DNA of 64,000 nucleotides from Alphaproteobacteria bacterium (GTDB lineage Bacteria; Pseudomonadota; Alphaproteobacteria; RF32; CAG-239): NCBI GenBank assembly GCA_015062285.1, contig SUUY01000001.1, positions 94,622 to 158,621 of the forward strand, read 5' to 3'. Shown piece by piece: positions 57,237 to 64,000 of this stretch (position 1 is its first letter; each line of letters starts with the position of its first letter). The notes under the pieces were generated by a model. It saw only the letters and a program-made list of their open reading frames with translations, ran no database searches and was not told where the DNA came from. The position numbers and the translations under genes were made by a program.

Positions 57237-57716
57237 GTGAACCGCGAAGAAAAATCACAACTCCTCAGCGAACTGAACGAATTGTTCAATAATTCTGAAA
57301 TTGTTGTAGTTTCTCACTACAAAGGCCTCACTGTTGAGGAAGTTTCTGAATTAAGAGACAATATTCGTAAAGCAGGTGCTGGATTTAGAGTTACTAAAAA
57401 CCGGATTACTCGTCTTGCTCTTAAAGGTACCAAGTTTGAAGGCTTGGCAGATTTGTTTGTTGGTCCTACAGCTATTGCTTTTGCCAATGATCCGATCTCT
57501 GCTTGTAAAGCTTGTGTAGAATTTGCTAAAACTAACGAAAAGTTGGTTGTGTTGGGTGGTGCTATGGGAACAGGTGTTCTCACTATCGATGAAATCAACA
57601 AGTTGGCTACGATTCCTTCTTTGGACGAATTGCGTGCCAAAATTATTGGTTTGTTGCAAGCTCCCGGTGCTCAACTTGCTCGTGTTACTAAAGCATATTC
57701 CGAGAAATCTGAATAG
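57237..57716 (+). CDS. rplJ: 50S ribosomal protein L10
   Basis: GTG start; MNREEKSQLLSELNELFNNSEIVVVSHYKGLTVEEVSELR. Confidence 0.9.
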   Translation: MNREEKSQLLSELNELFNNSEIVVVSHYKGLTVEEVSELRDNIRKAGAGFRVTKNRITRLALKGTKFEGLADLFVGPTAIAFANDPISACKACVEFAKTNEKLVVLGGAMGTGVLTIDEINKLATIPSLDELRAKIIGLLQAPGAQLARVTKAYSEKSE

Positions 57717-57748
57717 TTTTGTTTTAATTTATTTATTGGAGAAAAAAT

Positions 57749-58123
57749 ATGGCCGATTTAGCCAAATTAGTTGATGAATTGTCAGCTTTGACTGTTATGG
57801 AAGCTGCTGACTTGTCTAAAATGTTAGAAGAAAAATGGGGCGTTTCTGCCGCTGCTGCTGTTGCTGTTGCTGCAGGTGGTGCTGCTGCAGGTGCTACTGC
57901 CGCTGAAGAAAAAGACGAATTTGATGTTGTTCTTGCTGATGCCGGTGCAAACAAAATCAACGTAATTAAAGAAGTTCGTACAATTACAGGTTTAGGCCTT
58001 AAAGAAGCTAAAGATCTTGTTGATGGTGCTCCAAAAACCATTAAAGAAGGCGTAGCTAAGGCTGAAGCTGAAGAAATGAAGAAGAAGTTAGAAGAAGCTG
58101 GTGCTAAAGTTGAACTCAAGTAG
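57749..58123 (+). CDS. rplL: 50S ribosomal protein L7/L12
   Basis: [36 protein letters not shown]...Ala-rich hinge...[18 protein letters not shown]. Confidence 0.95.
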   Translation: MADLAKLVDELSALTVMEAADLSKMLEEKWGVSAAAAVAVAAGGAAAGATAAEEKDEFDVVLADAGANKINVIKEVRTITGLGLKEAKDLVDGAPKTIKEGVAKAEAEEMKKKLEEAGAKVELK

Positions 58124-58164
58124 TTTGAGCCGTTAGCTTTTTTAAGCTGATTTCGTAGAAAATA

Positions 58165-58215
58165 AAAAGAACTGAAAATTAAGGTGAATTTCACTGAGGT
58201 TTTCAGTTCTTTTTT
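58165..58215 (+). terminator. rho-independent terminator after rplL
   Basis: AGAACTGAAAA ... TTTTCAGTTCT long-stem hairpin followed by TTTTTTG. Confidence 0.65.
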
Positions 58216-58252
58216 GTTATGAAATAAAGAAGAGAAAATAAAATATTGCAAA

Positions 58253-58284
58253 AAAATTATCGATTATCGATAATCGATAATTTT
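58253..58284. promoter_or_regulatory. 32-bp perfect palindrome (candidate operator for a dimeric regulator) upstream of the HAD hydrolase gene
   Basis: AAAATTATCGATTATCGATAATCGATAATTTT is exactly self-complementary across 32 positions. Confidence 0.5.
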
Positions 58285-58396
58285 GAGTGAATAAATAACT
58301 GAATGCAGAAAATTTGAACTTTTTATAAAAAACATGTTGCAAATTTTGTCTAAATAAGATAAAATCAAAACATAACCAAATAAAATAAAAATAATT

Positions 58397-59065
58397 ATGA
58401 ATAAGAATTATGTAATTCTCGTAGATTGGGACGGGAATTTTGCTGACTCTAATGGAGTCAAGGATGCAAGGTTAAATACCTTCTGCAAGCAGGAGTTTGG
58501 TGAAATTCCTGTAGAAAAAAAATCACCCAAAATTCTCCACAGGGAGCTCCACGGACGTCCGATGGGAGAAATCTTTCAAAGAATCTCCTTTGATATATAT
58601 GAGAAGGAGATATCATACCAGGACGGTATTGTTATGACAGATAGGCTGAATGAGTTCATTCTGCCTTTCTATGTAGCAAGACCAATATTTCCTGGAGCTT
58701 ATGAATTCTATAAGCGCCTTAAGGATATGGGATATCCTGTCTATATATTGACCGGAATGGAACCATATATGATCGAGAAGGCCTTGGAACATCATAAGAT
58801 AACCGATCTTTTTGATGGAATCTATGGAGCTCCGGCAACGAAGGAAGAAAATATAGTTACAATACTGGAGAAACATCCAGGAGCAAAGATCATTGCATCG
58901 GGAGACGCAATGTCGGAGTACAGAGCCACGATGGCGTACCCCGGAACTATATTCCTCGCCTTCGATATGGAAAATCGCGAGAAGAGGGTTTTCCCTGAGG
59001 AAGTTAAGGTCTATACCTCTTACAACGAAGAGGTTTGGAATGACCTTATGGAGAAAATGGAGTAA
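58397..59065 (+). CDS. HAD-superfamily hydrolase
   Basis: N-terminal VDWDGNFADS (HAD motif I DxDG-like), 222 aa; codon usage visibly richer in G/C-ending codons (gag, aag, ctc, ggc) than neighbours. Confidence 0.6.
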   Translation: MNKNYVILVDWDGNFADSNGVKDARLNTFCKQEFGEIPVEKKSPKILHRELHGRPMGEIFQRISFDIYEKEISYQDGIVMTDRLNEFILPFYVARPIFPGAYEFYKRLKDMGYPVYILTGMEPYMIEKALEHHKITDLFDGIYGAPATKEENIVTILEKHPGAKIIASGDAMSEYRATMAYPGTIFLAFDMENREKRVFPEEVKVYTSYNEEVWNDLMEKME

Positions 59066-59076
59066 TAAGACTTATG

Positions 59077-59105
59077 AAAGAGCACCTTGTTAGGTGCTCT
59101 TTTGT
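59077..59105 (+). terminator. rho-independent terminator after HAD gene
   Basis: AAGAGCACC ttgtta GGTGCTCTT followed by TTGTATTTT. Confidence 0.6.
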
Positions 59106-59177
59106 ATTTTAAATTGTTGACCGGTTTGTTTTGGTGAATTAAACTTTGCAAAGTTTATAAATAGATAAGAGGGTAAA

Positions 59178-60026
59178 ATGGAAAAAACAGGTTTGGTATT
59201 AGAAGGTGGAGCAAAAAGAGGTATTTATACCGCCGGTGTATTAGATGTATTTTTAGAAAATGGTATTACGTTTGATGGGGTAATTGGCGTTTCTGCCGGA
59301 GCAATCCATGGGTGCTCTTATGTTTCAGAGCAAATGGGACGTAGTATTCGTTATAATATGAAATATGGCAATGATTACAGGTTTATGAGTTTGCGTTCTT
59401 GGCTATTGACCGGAAATGTGGTGGATACTCAATTTTGTTATCATGATTTGCCGGAAAAATTAGATGTTTTTGATAACGAAACCTTTATGAATTCTGATAC
59501 TAAATTTTATGTAGTTTGTTCTAATGTCGAAACAGGTAAAGCCGAATATATTCATTGTAAAGATATGTTTGCAGATATTGATTATTTGCGAGCTTCGGCT
59601 TCTATGCCTTTTGCCGCAAAAATAGTTTTGTTGGGCGGCAATAAATATCTGGACGGAGGAATTACCGATAGTATTCCATTGCAAGCTACAAGGTCTTTGG
59701 GATATACAAAAAATGTGGTGATAACAACCAGACCAAAGGGATATCGAAAGAAACCATATTTATTAAAATGGTTAGCGAAATTAGTTTATGGAAAGTATCC
59801 AAGGTTTGTAGAAGCAATATTAAGACGCCATGAAATGTATAACCGAGAGTTAGAAGAAATCGAAACACTGGAAAAATCAGGCGAGTTGGTTCTAATTCGG
59901 CCAAGTAGGTTTATTAAGATATCCAAAATGGAATCAGATCTTAATGTTGTAAATGAAATGTACGAACTTGGGCGCAAAGATGCCTATAATGCTATTGATA
60001 AGGTAAAAGCATTTTTAGCAAAATAG
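59178..60026 (+). CDS. patatin-like phospholipase
   Basis: Oxyanion-hole GGAKRG, serine lipase GVSAG and downstream DGG (catalytic Asp) motif; 282 aa. Confidence 0.85.
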   Translation: MEKTGLVLEGGAKRGIYTAGVLDVFLENGITFDGVIGVSAGAIHGCSYVSEQMGRSIRYNMKYGNDYRFMSLRSWLLTGNVVDTQFCYHDLPEKLDVFDNETFMNSDTKFYVVCSNVETGKAEYIHCKDMFADIDYLRASASMPFAAKIVLLGGNKYLDGGITDSIPLQATRSLGYTKNVVITTRPKGYRKKPYLLKWLAKLVYGKYPRFVEAILRRHEMYNRELEEIETLEKSGELVLIRPSRFIKISKMESDLNVVNEMYELGRKDAYNAIDKVKAFLAK

Positions 60027-60028
60027 TG

Positions 60029-60532
60029 TTAGTGATGTTTTATTCTGCTGTTGGGGTTGATTGTGTGTAGTCTGATAGTTCTTTCAATTTGCTTGGCATC
60101 TTTTTTGTTCATAGCATAGAGAGGAATTGAAAAAGCTCCAAATTCGCTTTTTGCTGATATCTTTTGCATGAAGGAATAATTATATTCGTTTAGAGGAATG
60201 GTCTCAATACGCAATATTGACTTGCTAAGCGGAAATTTAGATATTTTGATTTTTTTTACACTGACTATTTGTCCCCATAAAAGTGGTTTGTTGCGATCTA
60301 TTTTTAGACATTCAGGGGTTATAACTGCCAAAGGAAGCTTTACTACATACACAAACAGTGATGACGCTAATGAAACGACGCAACTTATAATGGCAAAGTA
60401 ATAGGCTAAAGGATAATCAGGAAAGATTGTGAGTGTAAATAAAACAGCAAGAGCAAGTAATATAAAATTAAAGACCAAATAAGCACCAAGCTTTTTACGG
60501 CTATAGTAAAATGTTTTGAATGTTGGTAGCAT
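60029..60532 (-). CDS. hypothetical membrane protein
   Basis: 167 aa, two N-terminal TM helices plus soluble C-terminal region. Confidence 0.35.
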   Translation of the reverse strand: MLPTFKTFYYSRKKLGAYLVFNFILLALAVLFTLTIFPDYPLAYYFAIISCVVSLASSLFVYVVKLPLAVITPECLKIDRNKPLLWGQIVSVKKIKISKFPLSKSILRIETIPLNEYNYSFMQKISAKSEFGAFSIPLYAMNKKDAKQIERTIRLHTINPNSRIKHH

Positions 60533-60599
60533 TTACACCTCCATACACAAGTATTGGAATAGATTTTATTATAGCCTTTTTTGCTTACCAGAGCAATAA

Positions 60600-61538
60600 T
60601 TATTTATCTAAATTGGTTTTTAGTTTGGGATAATATTCAATAACTCGTTTTAATTGTTGGTCATTTTGCCCGTTAGCTGTATTTACCATGGCAAGCGTGA
60701 ACTCAGATGTAAGTTTTAATTCTCGTTCCGGATTTATATAAATCAGATTTTTGAGATTGTTTTCAACTATGTTGATGGGCGTTTCATTGATTACAGCCAT
60801 TGCCCAAAACCAAATATCATCAGCATTAGGGGCCAGAGACTGAAATAGGTTGATGTTTGATACATCCGAATGTAAGCAATGAGGTGGATATAAAACACCT
60901 CCGGCACCAGTAAAAAAATTGCGAAACGAAGCAAAATCGTGATTGATGCGGTGTTTCCACTTTTTATACGGAAGTACATTTCCTTGTTTATCAAATTTTA
61001 TTTTGTGACCGCGATGGCAATGAATAGCATGAGGATTTCTTAAATATGAAGTGTATAATAATTCAAGCCATGTTGGCGGATAGTATATGTCGTCGTCAGT
61101 TGTGACAATAATATCATTAGGATAATCTTTCAGGCTAGGAATAAGCTTTTTGTAAGAACGTAAGTCTTGACACCATTTGATGGTTAATCCGTTGCCTCGC
61201 AAATTTAGAACAGATTTAGGAACATCTTGTTCTTTGTTGGGAAATTGCTCTTCGGCAAGCCATAAAACAATGACATCGGGTTTTAAACTTTGGTTGAGAA
61301 GAGAATATATTGTATAGTGTATATCGTGCATGCGCTGCGGAAAAGATGTGAGAGAAACAATAATTCTTTGTTCTCTGCATGTTTCTGCCGTGCCGTTGCC
61401 ACAAAATGAATCTATTTCTTTTTGCAAAGAAGTCTTATCAACATGAGGAAGATAGCGAATTTTACCTTGGCGGTATTGAGTTTCGGAAATCAGGTGAAGG
61501 AGTTTTTGTGCTTTTAGCCAAAGCTTACCTAATTGCAT
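60600..61538 (-). CDS. putative glycosyltransferase-like protein (DxD-type)
   Basis: IIVTTDDDIYYP DxD-like motif and His/Cys-rich block HCHRGHK; family not assignable from sequence alone. Confidence 0.35.
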   Translation of the reverse strand: MQLGKLWLKAQKLLHLISETQYRQGKIRYLPHVDKTSLQKEIDSFCGNGTAETCREQRIIVSLTSFPQRMHDIHYTIYSLLNQSLKPDVIVLWLAEEQFPNKEQDVPKSVLNLRGNGLTIKWCQDLRSYKKLIPSLKDYPNDIIVTTDDDIYYPPTWLELLYTSYLRNPHAIHCHRGHKIKFDKQGNVLPYKKWKHRINHDFASFRNFFTGAGGVLYPPHCLHSDVSNINLFQSLAPNADDIWFWAMAVINETPINIVENNLKNLIYINPERELKLTSEFTLAMVNTANGQNDQQLKRVIEYYPKLKTNLDK

Positions 61539-61549
61539 GACAGTTTCCT

Positions 61550-63313
61550 TTACTTTAATTGAGTTTTATATAGTGAAGCATAAATACCGTTTTCTTTATT
61601 GATCAATTCTTGATGATTGCCGCTTTCTACAATTTCACCATGGTTTAGTACCAATATTTTATCGGCGTTGCGAACGGTTGAAAGACGGTGAGCAATGATA
61701 AAGACAGTTCGGTTTTGCATAAGATTGTTTACAGCTTCTTGCACGACGGCTTCTGATTTGTTGTCAAGAGCTGATGTTGCTTCATCGAGAATTACAATAG
61801 GGGCATTTTTCAAAAAAGCACGAGCAATGGCAATACGTTGCTTTTGTCCGCCAGAGAGCAATGCTCCTCTTTCTCCGATGTTTGTATCTAAGCCTTTTTC
61901 TAAAGAGTTTATAAATTCGTCCAGGCATGCACCTTTAATTGCTTTATCCAGTTCTTGAGGTGAGGCATCTGCTTTTCCAAGCATAATATTTTCACGTATG
62001 GTACCGGCAAACAAAAAGTTGTCTTGAAAAACGATAGATATTTGGTTTCTTAGAGAGTTAAGATCAATGTCCCTAATATCTATACCATCAATACAAACAG
62101 AACCACTTTTTACATCGTAAAAACGAGGAAGAAGGTTGGCGAAAGTAGTTTTTCCTCCTCCGGAATTTCCTACCAGTGCGATGGTTTTACCTACGGGTAT
62201 ATCAACACTTATATTTTTTAATACGGGTTTGTTTGGGTTGTATTCAAAACATACATTTTTGTATTCTATATTCTTTTTAATTCCATTGATTTTGATAGCA
62301 GTCTCTTTGCTGCAAATTTTTGGTGAACTATCCATTAAATTAAAGACATTTTCCATTGCCAAGAGTGATAATTGGACGGAGTTGTAATTGTTGCCGATGC
62401 TTTTTATGGGGTTATAAAGCATTATTAGAGCTGTAATAAAGGAAACAAAATTGCCAGCAGTAATTTGATGGGTAACAATCAGGTAACTTCCCAGCCAAAT
62501 AACAGCAGCAATTCCTAATGAAACAACAAAGTGCATAATAGGAGAGAGCATGCCTGTTCTTTGTATCATTTTTATTCCAAGCTTAAACAAAGAGCGCAAG
62601 GTGGCTTTAAATCTGCTTAATTGATAATTGTAGAGGTTGTAAGATGAAATTATACGGTGGCCGTTGTATGTTTCATTAAAATGCATCATAACAGCAGCAT
62701 TGGAGAAAATATTTTTATCAAATAATGATTTTAGTTTTCGGCGTAATGTTGTAAGAGGGTATAAAGCTCCAATTAAAACCAATACAGCAACGATGGCTAA
62801 TTGCCATGAGTTGTAAAACAGTACACCGATTAAAGATAGAGATGAGAATACTCTGGTGGTGAAAAGTTTCAGGTTGGATAAGAGACCATTACATGCGATG
62901 TCTACATTGTTGTTAAAACGAAATAAAATGTCGCCGGAATTGCTTTTGTCAAAAAATATAGGATCAAAGTGCATTAATTTTGTGAATAAGTCAATTTTTA
63001 CATCATTGGCAATTTTACGTCCAACCCAAGTGTTTAGGTAAGTGGCAGTATAGTTAAGCAAGCTTTGAAGCACACTGAAAATAATAATAAGTAGAGGAAT
63101 ATAGGCTGTTGAAGATGTGTTCTTTTCTACCATAACAATATCCATGTATGGTTTTAATGACCAAGCAATGACCGCATCCATAGATCCGATAGGAATGGTT
63201 ATTAAAACAGCTATTAGGGCCCTAAAAGTATATGGTTTTACGTAAGGATATATTTTACCGTAATTTTTGACGATATAATGATTTTTGATTTTCTGACGTA
63301 TCGAGTTTAGCAT
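61550..63313 (-). CDS. msbA: ABC transporter permease/ATPase, lipid A exporter MsbA-like
   Basis: 6-TM N-terminal domain; Walker A GNSGGGKTT, ABC signature LSGGQKQRIAIARA, Walker B IVILDEATSALD. Confidence 0.85.
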   Translation of the reverse strand: MLNSIRQKIKNHYIVKNYGKIYPYVKPYTFRALIAVLITIPIGSMDAVIAWSLKPYMDIVMVEKNTSSTAYIPLLIIIFSVLQSLLNYTATYLNTWVGRKIANDVKIDLFTKLMHFDPIFFDKSNSGDILFRFNNNVDIACNGLLSNLKLFTTRVFSSLSLIGVLFYNSWQLAIVAVLVLIGALYPLTTLRRKLKSLFDKNIFSNAAVMMHFNETYNGHRIISSYNLYNYQLSRFKATLRSLFKLGIKMIQRTGMLSPIMHFVVSLGIAAVIWLGSYLIVTHQITAGNFVSFITALIMLYNPIKSIGNNYNSVQLSLLAMENVFNLMDSSPKICSKETAIKINGIKKNIEYKNVCFEYNPNKPVLKNISVDIPVGKTIALVGNSGGGKTTFANLLPRFYDVKSGSVCIDGIDIRDIDLNSLRNQISIVFQDNFLFAGTIRENIMLGKADASPQELDKAIKGACLDEFINSLEKGLDTNIGERGALLSGGQKQRIAIARAFLKNAPIVILDEATSALDNKSEAVVQEAVNNLMQNRTVFIIAHRLSTVRNADKILVLNHGEIVESGNHQELINKENGIYASLYKTQLK

Positions 63314-63862
63314 TTATTGATTTATCCATAAGTTGATAACATATAAGATACCACCGGCATATAGTCCGGCAAGGATATCATCGAGCATAACACCCCAGGC
63401 ATTAAGTAACTTTTTATCTGCCCATTTTACAGGTTGGGGCTTGGTTATGTCGAATAGCCTAAACAGCATAAAACCTAATAGGTATACTACACCCGAGTGG
63501 GAGTCGTATTGTAGTTGCTCGGCAACAAAAACAAAAGTAATAAGTTGTCCGACAACTTCATCTATTACAACATATGACGGATCGTGCTTACCTGCTTTGA
63601 GGATATGAGGGATGCTACATATTCCAAGAATAAAGCTTACAATTATCCCTCCGATGATGCCGTATATTCCGCAGTAATATGCTAAGAAAAAGGCTAAAGG
63701 AATTGTAGCTAAAGATCCGAATGTTCCCGGAGCTACAGGAGCAAGGCCACTTCCGAAAAAGGTTGCAATAATTCGGTATATTTTGTTTGGCATGGTAACC
63801 TCTGTGTCTGTTCTCAATAATAGAGATAGGTTAATATAGCATAACAAATTTTGCAAGCTCAA
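63314..63862 (-). CDS. pgpA: phosphatidylglycerophosphatase A (likely true start at internal Met, MPNKIYR, ~63793)
   Basis: FGSGLAPVAPGTFGSL, VIDEVVGQ, FDITKPQP, MLDDILAG PgpA signature blocks. Confidence 0.8.
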   Translation of the reverse strand: MSLQNLLCYINLSLLLRTDTEVTMPNKIYRIIATFFGSGLAPVAPGTFGSLATIPLAFFLAYYCGIYGIIGGIIVSFILGICSIPHILKAGKHDPSYVVIDEVVGQLITFVFVAEQLQYDSHSGVVYLLGFMLFRLFDITKPQPVKWADKKLLNAWGVMLDDILAGLYAGGILYVINLWINQ

Positions 63863-63955
63863 AACAACTTATGTGCTTATCTTGAAATTATAGATTGCGA
63901 TATTGTCGCTTTTGATATTAAATATAGGCAAATTTAATTCATTTGGAGTTGATTA

Positions 63956-64000
63956 TGAAAATCGGTATTGTTGGTACAGGATATGTAGGATTGCCTTCGG
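63956..64000 (+). CDS. UDP-glucose/GDP-mannose dehydrogenase family protein, first 15 codons only
   Basis: MKIGIVGTGYVGLPS N-terminal Rossmann motif; runs off window end. Confidence 0.45.

Noticed and set aside
1-64000. CRISPR arrays, IS elements/transposases, integrases, rRNA genes
   Set aside because: No regularly spaced short direct repeats, no transposase/integrase-like ORFs, and no rRNA-like conserved sequence were seen anywhere in the window.

Overview
AT-rich (by eye roughly one-third G+C), densely coding chromosomal window from a Gram-negative alpha-proteobacterium. The alpha assignment rests on the L7/L12 N-terminus [12 protein letters not shown], the split pntAA/pntAB/pntB transhydrogenase, the rpsF-rpsR-rplI order without priB, and an Nfu/NifU-type Fe-S scaffold. 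Most genes are conserved housekeeping: fabD (partial), ftsK, tRNA-Ser, a Kef-type antiporter, pntAB, a split chrA pair, hslVU, hemW, ferredoxin, htpG, leuS-lptE-holA, murJ, typA, rplI/rpsR/rpsF, a yifB-like ATPase, apaG, hslO, recX, truA, rarA, an RluA-family synthase, an AsmA-like protein, acyP, rplJ-rplL with a long leader, msbA and pgpA. Among them sit several host-interaction or effector-like genes, which suggests a host-associated lifestyle: a pentapeptide-repeat protein translationally coupled to an orphan, divergent VirD4/TraG-family type IV coupling-protein homolog; a large protein with a clan-CE (Ulp1-like) cysteine protease catalytic arrangement; a GAF/HD-GYP protein; and a patatin-like phospholipase. 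Other notable observations: a bona fide HydF-like [FeFe]-hydrogenase maturase GTPase with no hydrogenase genes nearby; a duplicated tRNA-Ser 3' end plus terminator; a GC-rich palindromic in-frame insertion in truA; a 32-bp perfect palindrome upstream of a HAD hydrolase gene with atypical codon usage; and a shared sigma-32-like promoter motif upstream of htpG and hslVU. No rRNA, CRISPR array, transposase or integrase was seen. CDS coordinates follow the supplied ORF track. Coordinates of non-coding features were read by hand from the printed sequence and may be off by 1-2 bp.
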